Shown here: one piece after another, positions 1 to 12,439 of the stretch
Position numbering within the stretch: position 1 is the stretch's first letter
Layout: every line of letters starts with the position of its first letter
DNA from: Octopus sinensis
Taxonomy: Eukaryota
Assembly: GCF_006345805.1 (NCBI RefSeq)
Contig: NC_043000.1
Location: forward strand, 71,734,001-71,798,000
DNA length: 64,000 nt
Reading direction: 5' to 3'
Position numbers and translations under genes: made by a program
Notes under the pieces: model-generated
What the model saw: only the letters and a program-made list of their open reading frames with translations
Told to the model about the DNA's origin: nothing
The model's database searches: none

Positions 1-1211
1 TTTTGATTTTGATTTCACTTGCCTCAATAGGTCTTTGCAAGCAAAGTTTATAGTCCAATGAATGAAGAGTATTCATAAGTGGGCTGGTTACACCTAGTGC
101 ACTGCCTCAGTAGTGTTCACCACCTCATCCCAGGTTTTCCTGGGTCTACCTCTTCCACAGGTTCCCTCCATTGCTAGGGTGTGACACTTTTTCACACAGC
201 AGTCCTCATTCATTCGCAACACATGACCATACCAGCTCAGTTGTCTCTCTTGCACACCACATCTGATGCTTCTTAAATGCAACTTCTCTCTCAGGGCGCT
301 TACACTCTGTCGAGTATGCACACTGACATTACACATCCAGTGGAGCATACTTGCAAGCTTATGCATGTCCTCAGCAGTCACAGCCCATGTTGCATGGCTG
401 TTCGTACACATGCATCATACAGTCTACCTTTTACTCTGAGTGAGAGGACCTTTGTCACCAGCAGAGGTAGGAGCTCTCTGAACTTTACCCAGGCTATTCT
501 TATTCTAGCAGCTACACTTTCAGAGCATCCCCTAAGTAACAGAAGCTATCAACTACTTGTAGTTTTTATCCCTGGAATGTGACAGAAGCTGTTCTATGTA
601 CATTTTCAGTGTTTATAGAACCTGAGCATATGCCACATACAAAAACTATCTTCCTAGTTAGCCTTTCTTTGATATTGCTGCACCTCTTATGTGTCCATAG
701 CTTACACTGGGTACATCTTATGGAGTTTCAATCTACGCGTTTTCTACAGATCAAGCAGGGCCATCTACCTGAAGGGATTTGTGATTTGTCTGTCTTCCTA
801 CTTATTAAGACTTTGGTTTTAGCTAGGTTGACTCTAAGGCCCTTCAATTTTAATCCTTGCTTCCACACCTGAAACTTTTTTCTTTAGTTCTGATAGTGAC
901 ACAGCAATTAGAGCAAGGTCATCAGCATAGAAAAGCTCCCAGGAGCATCCGGTCTTGAATTCCTCTGTTATTGTCTGGAGGACTATGATGAATAAGAGGG
1001 GAATGAGGATTGATCCTTGGTGGACCCCTACCCGGAATTTTTCACTGTACTCATTGTCAACCCTCACCTTACTGACAGCATCGCTGTACATGGCTTGCAC
1101 AGCTCTCACTAACCATTCATCTATCCCTAGTTTCCTCCCTGACCACCAGATAAGGGATCGGAAGACCCTGTCAAAGGCTTTCTCCATGTCAATGAAAGCT
1201 ATGCTAAACAC
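1..1211 (-). mobile_element. RTE-clade LINE fragment (RT domain, C-terminus, start of 3' UTR), frameshifted
   Basis: ORF 834-1211: FIDMEKAFDRV, GVHQGSILIPLLF, FYADDLAL. ORF 94-411 ends with the RTE C-terminal motifs WYGHVLRM and GRGRPRKTW. Confidence 0.9.
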
Positions 1212-1729
1212 AAGGAAAGATAAAACTAATTGATTTGGAATGAGAGAGTACTTTGTTCAAAGTACATGCCGGTAAAATTTGGATAATTCTACAAAGATAT
1301 TTGCTTGAAATTTTTGGACCTGTATACCCTTAGTTTTCAAAATGAAAGAATATACTTGGTAATATTATTTTCTCCACTATATTATTTATCACAATTTTTA
1401 AAGTTCTTTTATGTCCCAAGACAAGCTTTAACACAATAAAAAGTAACTATAACATAGTGCAAATGGAGGAATAGTATTTAATGTTTAAACAAGGATTTTC
1501 TTTCTGACTACACAACAACATTTCACACATTTTGCTAGTGACCTTGCATTAGTAAAGACCATCATCATCATTTAATACCCATTTTCCATGCTGGCATGGG
1601 TTGAACAGTTCTCATGAGAACATGCAAGATAGACATTAAATGATGATGAAGATGACTTTCATTAATGAAAAGTCACAGTTTTCATGAGAGGGCATTCAGT
1701 AGGCTTTTCTCTATCAAATTCGATTCATT

Positions 1730-2645
1730 ATCATCATTATTGAATGTCCATTTTCCATGCTGGCATGGGCTGGATGGTTTGACAGGAGCTGCACAAGATT
1801 CCATGGTTTTTACGACTGGATGCCCTTCCTAATATCAACCACTTTACAGAGTGCACTGGGTGCTTTTATGTAGCACTGTCACGAGTGCTTTACATCACTG
1901 GGACTGGTCTTAATGCTTCTGTTGTGAAGTATAAGTATGGGTCTTCTTGAGTACAGTAAGGTGCCAGGCATCTCAATCCTTTGTTAACTTGCCTGAAAGG
2001 ATCAGCGTCTTCAGTATTTCATCCCATATCTTCCTGGATCTCCCACTTTCAGATGTTCCATCCACTCTGAGAGGTTGGTACTTCTTTATGGAGCTGTTGC
2101 CATCCATCTGCATCACATGACCAAACCAGTGCAGTCTTCTTTCTTCCACACTGCAACCAATTCTGCTTATGCCTAACTTCCCTCTCAGAACACTGACACT
2201 CTGTCGAACATGTACACTTACATTACACATCCAGCGGAACATACTAGCCTCATTCATTTCTAAACTTTATATGTCCTTGGCATTCAGGGTCCACGTCTCA
2301 CTACCAAGTAGAATTACTGTCTGTATACATGCATCATACAATCTTTTTTTTCACTCAGAGAGAGAAATTTTTCGTGGACAACAGAGGTAACAACTCTGAA
2401 TTTCCTCCATACTATTCTTATTCTAGCTATCACACTCTATGTACATCCTCCCCCACTACTAATTTGGTCCCCTAGGTAGCAGAAATTATCTACTACTCCT
2501 AATGAGCTACCAAGGCATTTGAAAGTATCAATTTCTCAGGTCTCTAAAGTTTTTACGGATCCAGTGCATTATCTACATATGAAAACTATCTTTTCTGATA
2601 ACCTTCCTGTTAATCCAATGCACCTCTTGTGTGTCCATAGCTTAC
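1730..2645 (-). mobile_element. Degenerate RTE LINE 3' fragment with its 3' tail
   Basis: ORF 1973-2257 (RLHWFGHVMQM, GRSRKIW). Tail ccatgccagcatggaaaatggacattcaat(gat)n near 1730-1775. Confidence 0.8.
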
Positions 2646-2751
2646 ACTGGGTATATATATGCCTACACACACACAGAATTGGTTGAGGCAGATTATCCTC
2701 TTTTGTACACACTCTTAAAATAACGAAAATATATATATAGTCAAATATTAC

Positions 2752-2826
2752 CTATAGTGCAATAAACCAAGGATCCTACAATTTCAGGATTTTCATGCCA
2801 GCCTTCTTTAACAACTTGGACAAGAC
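2752..2826 (-). CDS. Candidate internal coding exon (75 bp, phase 1/1), LVQVVKEGWHENPEIVGSLVYCTI, NDUFA3/B9-like
   Basis: Acceptor ttgttattttag| and donor ag|gtaata flank an open frame. The WHENPEIVGS motif resembles, from memory, WNEIPDIVGG of insect complex I B9 proteins. Confidence 0.55.
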
Positions 2827-3239
2827 CTAAAATAACAAATACAATATAGATCAACATGTAAATTAATGTAATTTGAGTTTCAGCTTAACAGCAACAACAG
2901 ACCAGTTGAAAGCATTCTAAATCACTTTGAATAGGCCTCTATAATCCTTAAGAGGAAGAGGTTCTGTCTAAACAACCAGTTCAACTTTTATACCAAGGTT
3001 CTCATCTATATTTTCACTTACTGTATTGGTGTGAGATATGAACAGTCAGCACATTGAAACATAGGCAGCATTTAATATCCACTGTTTCCAAATGATCTTT
3101 TCAGTTACCTAATGAAATAGGATTAAAGAGAAAGAAATCCTCTGTTGAGTGAAGAACTAGCATCACTGAATCCATACTATACAGTATCCATTAAAATGGT
3201 CAAAGACATGTAGTATGCATATCTGAATTGTGCTTCCTG

Positions 3240-3345
3240 TTGGATCTTCTGTGACCAGCTACATTATGATGAAAGCCCAGTTGGTGGACCAAAGAAGAGG
3301 TTCAAAGACCAGCTGAAGACAAGCAACATCAAACATTCAAAAGTA
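3240..3345 (+). mobile_element. Short degenerate RTE/BovB-type C-terminal fragment
   Basis: Translates to PVGGPKKRFKDQLKT, resembling the RTE motif GGxKKRxKDxLK. Confidence 0.5.
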
Positions 3346-3820
3346 GACGATATCACAAACTGTTGTTTACTTTGGGGGTCTCACAATTGAGGAGAGATTG
3401 AAGATATTGAAGGGAAATTCAGCATTACTGGGAGAGAGGAAAAAGGGTATTCATATAGAGTAGTACTTAGCCTCTTCAACCAAAATTTGCCCGTCTACAC
3501 CTCTATTTGGTTGCTAAATCTGCTGGAAAATTCTTTCACAAATCATACCCAAGTCTTAAAAATAGGACATGCTGGCCAATGAAGTATGGGTACACAATAT
3601 CAGACAAAGACAGGAAAGTCATAGTTAAAAATACCCTTGATCAAACGTCTGCTCAATGAGAGCTGATGTGGGTTAAACAATGTCTTTCAAACATACCTCT
3701 GAGTGATGAAATGGCAGAAGTAAAGCAAAATATATCAACAAGATACATCTAGGTATAACTTCTTACAAATATTATTTTCAACAAAATCTGTATAAATGAA
3801 AAGAAATACACATTATATTA

Positions 3821-4232
3821 GACAGGAGTGGCTGTGTGGTAAGTAGCTTGCTAACCAACCACATGGTTCCGGGTTCAGTCCCACTGCGTGGCATCTTGGG
3901 CAAGTGTCTTCTGCTATAGCCCCGGGCCGACCAATGCCTTGTGAGTGGATTTGGTAGACGGAAACTGAAAGAAGCCTGTCGTATATATGTATATATATAT
4001 ATGTGTGTGTGTGTGTTTGTGTGTCTGTGTTTGTCCCCCTAGCATTGCTTGACAACCGATGCTGGTGTGTTTACGCCCCCGTCACTTAGCGGTTCGGCAA
4101 AGAGACCGTTAGAATAAGTACTGGGCTTACAAAGAATAAGTCCCGGTGTCGATTTGGTCGACTAAAGGCGGTGCTCCAGCATGGCCGCAGTCAAATGACT
4201 GAAACAAGTAAAAGAGTAAAGAGTAAAGAGAT
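3821..4232 (+). mobile_element. tRNA-derived SINE, main family of this window, full length
   Basis: Head with A-box-like (gtggctgtgtggtaag) and B-box-like (gggttcagtccc) motifs, internal (TA)n(TG)n, and 3' tail ...ctgaaacaagtaaaagagtaaagag. Many copies occur in the window. Confidence 0.9.
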
Positions 4233-4479
4233 AATGTGTCAAAAGTTTTTTTTATTACTACAAAGGCTCCAAAGGAAAGTTCACTTTGTCTATCCTTTTG
4301 ATTCTGATGTTTTCCATAATGCATTGAAGACATATCACAACCAATAAATTTCACATATGTAACAAATAATGAATAACAATCAAGTTAGGAAAACCATAAC
4401 ATAGTACAACTACAGTATCTAAACTTCCTCAAAATGTTTATTCTTTTTATATTAGAGAAGAAAGATGCATGGAAGTGCC

Positions 4480-7235
4480 ACCATGAAAGGTGACTAAATG
4501 TGGAAAATGGGAGTCTTTCAAATACCGAGACAATTGAGGGACCAGCCATCAGAGTTGATAGCAGTATAATTGATAAGGCAATTAAGGATATGAAGACAGA
4601 GAAAGTCCTTGGACCATCAAGAATCACTGCCAAGATGATTAAAATATCCAGTGGTGTGGGATACAGCCTAATCACTTGTATAGTTAATCAGGTTATTCAG
4701 AAAGGTGTCATCCCCAATGACTGATGTAGTAGTATTATAGTTAGCTGCTAGAAACAACTACAGAGGTATCAAACTGCTGGACCAAGTCATGAAAATTACA
4801 GAGAGAGTTATAGCTAAATTGATTAGGAATAGAATTAAACTAGATGAGATGCGGTTTGGTTTTCTACATGGGAAGAGTACCACAGATGCCAGCTTCCTAG
4901 TGAGACAGCTGCAGGAAAAGTACTCGGCCAACAGTAAGCCACTGTCCTTAGCTTTCATTGACTGGGAGAAAACTTTTGACAGAATACCACATTTTGTCAT
5001 CTGGTGGTCTCTAACGAAGTTAAGAGTAGAGGAGTGACTGGTTAGAACCATACAAGCCATGTACAGCAGTGCTGTCAATAAGGTGAGAGTCAGCCATGAA
5101 TACAGTGATGAATTTAGCTTATAAGTAAGGAGTTCACCAGCATTCAGTTCTAAGTCCACTCTTATATTCATCATAGTTCTCCAGGCCATAACAGAGGAAT
5201 TCAGAATTGGATGCCCGTAGGAGATACTATATGCAGATGACCGCTCTTATTGCAGAATCTGTAGCAAAATTGGAGAAGAAATTCCAGGTATGGAAGCAAA
5301 ACCTGGAATCAAAGAGTTAACCTAGCAAAACCCAAAGTTGTTATTAAAAAGAAAGCAGATAAGACACTCTTTCAGTTAGGTTGCTGAATATGTAAGAAAG
5401 GAGTTGGGAGTAATTCCATTTGCTGCATCCAATGTAAGCTATGGACACATAAGAGGTACAGAAACAAGCACTAAGGGCACATGGGACATTCCTCTGTCTA
5501 TATTTTTCGTCATTTTATACCATTCCAATTTGTCAAACATTTGAAATTACTATAGGGAGTGTGACAGGTAATTTTCTTTCAAGAAAGTTTTCTTCAACTT
5601 CGACTTGATTGAAATTGAAGTTGAAAATCAAATATCTAGATAATTTTTGGCGTTTAACAATTACTATCCTTTTCTCTGTTGGATCCCATGTTAATTTTTT
5701 CCCCACACTCATGTCTAATTTGATCATTTAAAAAAAATTATGTCTAAACTGAGGCAAAATGAGTAATGAACTAATTTCAGTATTGGCAGAGTTTGGGATC
5801 AGAAATCTCTGTTTTGATGGTGATTTTTTTGAATTTCTTTTTCACCATGGTCTAACTTTTTCTCACCTCCCTCTCTTCTCTTTATCCCTATCTGGACCGA
5901 TTTCGGCCAATTTTTTTTCTGTAGTATGCACTTAAAAACAATGGGAGAAGCCTTTACAGTTAAGGAAAAAAATCATATTTTCCCAAGAAAAGGTGTGCGA
6001 TTTAAAGGAGTACCGAAAAGGTGGAAAGACAAGAAGTCTTGCCAAAAAGGCTTCTCTCATTGGTTTTACGTGCATGGGGCTGAGATGAAAAAAATATCAT
6101 AAATTTCAAAAAAGATTTTTCATAAAAAGTTCCCAGTGATCACCACATCACCCCGAAGGCCTGAGTGAAAAAGAAAATTAGAAAAATCCCTGTCAAAATG
6201 GAGAGAAAAAAAAAATAATGCTCAAAGGGATGGTATGCTTATTCTCAGTGTCCTCACACACACACACAAATATGTAATTAAAAAAGTTCAAATGGGGAAT
6301 TATTCCATTCAATGCCTTTCTGTAAGAAACGTTTAGACCTTCAGCTGGTATTTTTAGCATAACGAGTTTTCTGGTGACAGCTTCATTGACCTTCATTGCC
6401 TGCTGCTTCGGTAGAAATCTATGGATGCACAAACGCACAAAACGGAGAAAATGAAACAAATATGGATGACTTGTTCCAAAACACCCTTGAGTGGAGAACA
6501 GTTCTCAGAAATAGCCCCCAATTGTTTTCCCCCAAATTCCCATGTCCTCGGAATCTACATAGTCCAAGGTATATTTGTAGAAAATTTCTTTAAAAAGAAA
6601 TCTATTTTCTTGAAAGTTATGACAAATTGAAGACTCCGGTGAATTTTCTGAAATTCCTCACCCTCCTAAAACACTTTCCCCCCCACCAAAATTTTGTATA
6701 ATTGGAATACATGATATAATACATATTCATAGAAAATTTTATTAAAAAACATCCATTTTTCTGGAAGTTATGATCGTCCAAAGTTAGTGGGGCAGAAATC
6801 TGTAGTTATGCCTCTCCTCTACAGCAAGATACCTGTTTCTATCTCTCTGTCATACTATAACCTTTCATCATCTGGCACAAGATCACTTCCACCAATGCCC
6901 CACCCTTCAAAATTGCTTGGTTTTGCAAGTTACTTGCTGACCCTATCAGTGCTGGTGCCATGTGAAAAGCATATAGTTCACACTGTAAAGAGGTTGGCAT
7001 TTGGATGGGTATCCAGTTGTTAAAACCATGCCAAAACTGACCTCACCTGTGCTGGTGCCATGTAAAAAGCACTGAGTCCACTCTGTGGGTTGGTTGGTGT
7101 TAGGAAGGGCATCCAACCATAAAAACTACCAAAACAGACACAGAAGTCTAGTGCAGTCTTCTGCCTGGCCAGCTCCTGTTAAACCATCCAACCTATGCCA
7201 GTATGGAGGCTGACGTTAAACAATGATGATGATAT
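4480..7235 (+). mobile_element. RTE LINE (RT 4480-5468; 3' UTR and tail 6790-7235), interrupted by a 1.3-kb insertion
   Basis: ORFs 4500-4724 and 4789-5037 (FIDWEKTFDRI, later YADD). Segment 6790-7235 matches the 3' UTR of the RTE at 44090-44590 and ends in (gat)n. Confidence 0.8.
5469..6789. mobile_element. Putative non-autonomous DNA transposon with CACTAA...TTAGTG ends
   Basis: Starts cactaagggcac at 5469 and ends gtccaaagttagtg at 6789. It replaces part of an RTE and has no ORF. No TSD is visible. Confidence 0.4.
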
Positions 7236-7249
7236 CTTGCAAGTCTAGC

Positions 7250-10200
7250 ATTTTGTTTAAGTCACAGACATGATGCAACTGATTCAATATTCAGTTTGTA
7301 CAGCCCTTTCTGTTGAGCCATTAGATGCAGTACTATTAGTGGGTATTGCTATCTTTTTGAAGTTCATTGATAATATTCTTTTTAGTGTAATGATCTGATA
7401 TTAAGGTGAAAAATACTCCAAAATTAAAGAAGACCTCAATCAACTTGTTTTTTTACTACATTGGTTGCACAATCTGGGCATACAAAATATTTCAATCCAT
7501 GTGAACATATATCCCCAGGGACCACAAACAGACCATGAGTCATTAGCTTATATCAAATGTAGTCTGAATGTTTGACAAAAATTGCAGGATTTGACAAGTT
7601 TTTCAATGGAATAAACCACACCAGGCCAGCATATAGAATTAGGCATTCTTAATCGTTTGCAGAATGGACATATTAGTATCATATATTCAAATTAACAAAG
7701 ATACTCTAAAGAAAGAGATGGAATAAATGGACAGTGTTTATGATAAAGCAAACTATCCTTACACATTAAAAACTCATCTTAAGAAAATGATTGCTTTAAA
7801 TTTGAAACTGTTTCCCAATTTTGTTGGTATATTCGTTCCTTTATTTTTTTTTGTATAGGCTGTTGGTATCTAATTGTTTGTGAATGCTTTCAATTATTAC
7901 GGGATCAATTTCCGGCAGAGAATTAGTATATTTCTCCCAAGATGAAGTGAAGAAAATTATCTCACCATTATTTTTTCTGCAATATGTCCAATGTGAAAGA
8001 ACATCATTATCGTTTAATGGCTTTGTTCCATGCTGGCATGGGTTGGACAGTTTGACAAGATCTGATGGGTTGAAGGAATGCATCATCTACCAGTGTCTAC
8101 CTCAGTATAATTTCTATGGTTGGATGTTCCTTTTTAAACTGTATGTACTAAGTGCTTTTTTGTGCCACCAGCTCTAGTGAGGTTGCCATGCAGTTTGCAA
8201 GTCTACAAAACCTGGGTGGGATGGGGTTGAACAGCTGTTATGCAAAGAGATGAGGGGGTTAAAACATGAAAGAAGGGATAAAGATGAAGGTGGAGGGGCA
8301 AGCAAGTCCTTGTAGAGGAGCTATATGTTTACTCACATTTAGGAGACAAGGTGAGAATGATCAGGAGCTGAAAAGTTCAGGTGGCTCTTCTAGACACAAA
8401 GTGAATATGTTGGGACTAAAAAACTAGGAGTGTAGATGGGTGGGGATTTTCAAGAGTGTATGGGGAAGAAAAATAGGCAACAACTTTAAAGACTGGGCAG
8501 GATTGACAGTTGAATGCAAGGAGGAATGGGTGATGAGTGATGCCCGAGTTGCAGAAGGTAGCAGGATATAGAAGAGAGTAGTAGAATAGTGAGAGTAATA
8601 ATACAGTTTAAAGGAGGAGGAAAAGATGACATGTGGTTGGGCAGGCTATACAAGAGAGGGAAAGAGGCAAGTGCAGTACATGAAGGGAGATAATTTGGTG
8701 GTTCAGTTTAAGAGGAGAACAATATTAATGGATGAAAAATGGCTAAAAAGTGAAATAAGATGGTGTCTTGGGAGGGAAGTTGCATTGAGAGAAGAAGAGC
8801 CACCTGAACTTTTCAGCTCCTGATGGATGGAAGTGGGTGGGGAGATGTTCAAAGGAGATTAGCTGAGGTGCCTATTTGTGCATATACATGTATACAGTGC
8901 TTCCAAAAGTTAGTTTCCCAGAGGCAGGCAGGTCTTCTTAAGAACCTCATATTACCAGACATCCTGGTCCTTTGTCATCTCCTCTGTGGGGTTCAGGGTC
9001 CAGTAATTAGCCTTCACCACTTTGAGTCATGTCTTCCTGAGTCTTTCCCTTTCACATGCACCATACACACTTAGTGATCAGCACTTCATGTCCTCATCCA
9101 TATGCATAACCGGTGCAACCTTCTCTTTTGGCACTCAACATGATTCCTCTTATGCCCAGTTTTTTTTTCTCAGCACATTTTATACTATGATGTTCATTCA
9201 CACTTCCAATGTAATATGATCACTTCATTTCTTTCCAATCTTTTCAAATCCTCTGTATTCAAGATTTATGTCCCATTACCATGTAGCATTGCAATTCAAA
9301 CACAAGCATCATATAATTTGTATCTTCCCTTCACTCTAAAGGAAAAGACATTTGTTGCTAGCAGTAGTAGTATCTCCCTGAACTTTACCTAACCTGTGCT
9401 TAGTCTAGCTACTATACTTTCAGAGCAACAATCTCCCTTGCTAATTACATCTTCTAGGTAACAAAAACTATCAACAACTTCTGGGCATTTAAGATAAACT
9501 ATTTCCAGTACACTCATATAATATACTGTTCAAGTGCATCTATTACATTTTTGTGATTCCACTACACCTGTATGTCCATAGCTGACTTCACTTACTGCAT
9601 GCAGAGTTTATACCTACTTCTTTCCTTTGTTCAAGGCTCATGTCTCATTATCATGCAGCATTGCAGTTTTAACATGTGTCATACAATCTGTCCTTCATTC
9701 AATGGTAGTAACTTTCTGAATTATCTCAGACCTGTTCTTACTCTAGCTACTATACTTTCTGTGTGGCCATCTCCTTTGCTAATTACATCATAACAAAATC
9801 TATTAATGTGTCAAATATTCTTGCCAGCAATATGTTTATTATACAGGCCTCCTTTCAAAGGTTGGCCAATTCTGTAGTGACTTATAAAACTGACTGGATG
9901 TCCTTCTCAGTTACTGTAATTTTTTGTGTCTATTAAATATGGTTGTAAATTGGAGAATCTTTGGATTTAGCTGATAAAAGTGGTTCAATTTCCTCAGCAT
10001 GTGTCAGACTAAACCTACAATTTGTTAAGCCTAATATCTTTTTAATGTTCTCCTTTGATCATAGTTTCATTATTAGCTCATGAGATGAAGGAATTCTCTT
10101 TTCAAATATATTCATTCTCAGATAATTCAGATTTGTTTTGGAGAATTTTACCTTAGTTAATCAGGAGTGCATTCTTTATTCACTAACTTTGATTCAGTGA

Positions 10201-10300
10201 TAGCAGAGTGAAGATGTCTTGATATATTTTTTTAGTACCTCATTCGTTTTTTTTCTCTTTTTTTTACAGTTCCCATGCAGTTCTGAAACACACCTATTAA
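7250..10300 (-). pseudogene. Highly degenerate Gypsy pol remnant (RT/connection about 9790-10300, integrase about 7250-7700), split by an RTE insertion
   Basis: Manual translation gives KVKFSKTNLNYL...IKKILGLTN...IEPLL (RT C-terminal-like) and WPGVVYSIEKLVKSCNFCQ plus PWGY-VHMD (integrase Zn and core start). Many stop codons. Confidence 0.55.
7990..9790 (-). mobile_element. Degenerate RTE LINE 3' half with purine-rich 3' UTR and tail
   Basis: Tail catcattatcgtttaatggctttgttccatgctggcatgggttgg at about 8000. Sequence is similar to other RTE copies here. Confidence 0.7.
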
Positions 10301-10356
10301 ATTTTTAAGACCCATCTAATGTTGGCCTACTAAGTACAGATCATTGATTGTATTAA

Positions 10357-11014
10357 CCTTCGTTAATTTACGCCGTTTATTTACGTACCACCACGCTGTT
10401 AGGTTTATAAAACAATTGAAGTTCAGTTTAAAGTTTATAAATAAATATATTCTTGCATTATTCATTAATGAAACCTGTTTTAAGGCGGTCAATAGTTTAA
10501 TTAAAGATGTGTCTATACATGTATATATATATATATATACATGTGTATACATATATAAATATATACATGTGTAATGTATACACATGTATATATATATGTA
10601 TACACATGTATCTATATATACATGTATGACACATCTTTAATTAAACTATTGACCGCCTTAAAACGGATTTCAACAGACAAATATTACTATAATAGATAAT
10701 ATAAGCATATAACTACTTATACACACATATAATAAATAGACACACACACATTAGTCAGACATATAGCCACATACACACACACGTGTGTATGATTGGTGCA
10801 TGTGATCGCGGTGGTGGTGGTCATTTGTGCAGATTTGGTGTGATTTCTTTTTTAAAAACAATAATGAATAATGCAAGAATATATTATTTATTTATAAAGT
10901 TTAAACAGAACATGGAATGAAATGTATTTATTTATAAACTTTAAACTGAACTTCAATTGTTTTATAAACCTAACAGCGTGGTGGTCGTAAATAAACGGCG
11001 TAAATTAACGAAGG
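10357..11014. repeat. Nested inverted-repeat (foldback/MITE-like) element
   Basis: Outer arms 10357-10467 and about 10861-11014. Inner arms 10470-10515 and 10625-10671 enclose a self-complementary TA/CATG microsatellite. Confidence 0.85.
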
Positions 11015-11884
11015 TATAAACCTGACGTAAATACACGAAGTTGACGACTTTCACTTCTGACAGTTAAAAGCATGACAGTGCCCTATTATGCATCCCCAAC
11101 AATTTCCTCATTTCACTAGTTTATTAGTAGTGCTCTTGTTGTTTGCAGCTTTCTTTAATGCTGAAATTTGTTGATTTTGATGAAATGTTTCGGATTGTAT
11201 AGTTGATGCAAGTGTAGACATTTTGGCGGAATTCTGGTCTAAGCACTCCATATAACCTTCATAACTTTGAATTCATGTGTGACGAACACAAATTCGTAAA
11301 ACGTTTCTGAAAATTCCCCAAATTAAATTAATTACGAGCGGTTAAACTAGAATTCCAACGATATTTCAGTGTATTTCATCTCAGGATGACACCTTTAATT
11401 AAAATCCGTAACTTTACATCTGATGATAAGCTAGCAATAAAAACGAGTTTGTTGATTCTGTCTGGATTTTCTTTCATTCTATTCAACAAATACGACATAA
11501 AAGAAATTGTCAAAAACCGAACATTTACTCAAGAATCATAGCGGTAGGAAAAAACTAAAATTCACAAGGAAGATGTTCCTGTAATAACAAACCTATTCTA
11601 CATTTATTCAAGGTCGTTTATCAAATCGAGATATTGCGATAAAATTTACTTATTTTGTGTCCTTGTTAATAGGCGAGAAATATTTACGTTCATCTTCAAA
11701 TTCGTTAAATAGATTTTTAAGAATGCTAGTACTTATGTAAAGATACTTTTTAATTTTACAAAAAAGAAATATTTGAATGATATTAAGATTTAAGTAACGA
11801 CAAGACCATAAAAGAATGAGGAAAATATACTAATATTTCAAAGAAGACCACTGGTTTCATTTGTATGCAACGATCTTAACTTAC

Positions 11885-11933
11885 TTTTGCCCTTGAAGAT
11901 ACGGGTCCAACCTCCAATGACGGGACGCGACAT
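11885..11933 (-). CDS. Candidate first coding exon MSRPVIGGWTRIFKGK (phase 1) of the NDUFA3/B9-like gene
   Basis: aaaATG context, open frame, perfect donor aa|gtaagt at 11884. Phase matches exon 2752-2826. Confidence 0.55.
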
Positions 11934-11939
11934 TTTGAA

Positions 11940-11990
11940 TTTGCAAAATGTAAACAGGAACCGGAATTAAACATCACGTGATCAACAACA
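11940..11990. promoter_or_regulatory. Putative housekeeping promoter: ETS/GABP-like GGAA sites (caggaaccggaa) and E-box (tcacgtga)
   Basis: Motifs lie directly upstream of the ATG at 11933 in unique, CpG-containing sequence. Confidence 0.5.
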
Positions 11991-12439
11991 CATTTCACTG
12001 TTTTGGTGTCTTTTTCTTAATGTTTAGTAAATGCCAACAGAATGTGACAGTCCTGAAGATGTTGCTGTTGTTTTAGCCCCAGGAAAACATCTTTTCCAGC
12101 TAGCTATCGACTTTTGACATAATTTAGTTTGGTGAGCTAAATGCACGAGAATTAACAAACGAAATGCAGAAAAATATAAATTACTCGATTGAATTTTATA
12201 AAAAAATGGGCTATCTTTCATTATAAAACATCACTTTCACATTATTTGGAGGCTGTGTTGCTGCTAGATTTTTTTTTGCGTCTTCGGTGTATATTATGGA
12301 AGCATTTTTGTGTTGTTATTTAAGATGGGATGATTATAGGGATTTAGCTGCAATTTATTGCAGGTTGAGTGACAAGCATCATTCATGAGTTATTTTCTTT
12401 ATTTTCGCTGTTATAAAAGGAGTCAGAACTAAGTTATTC

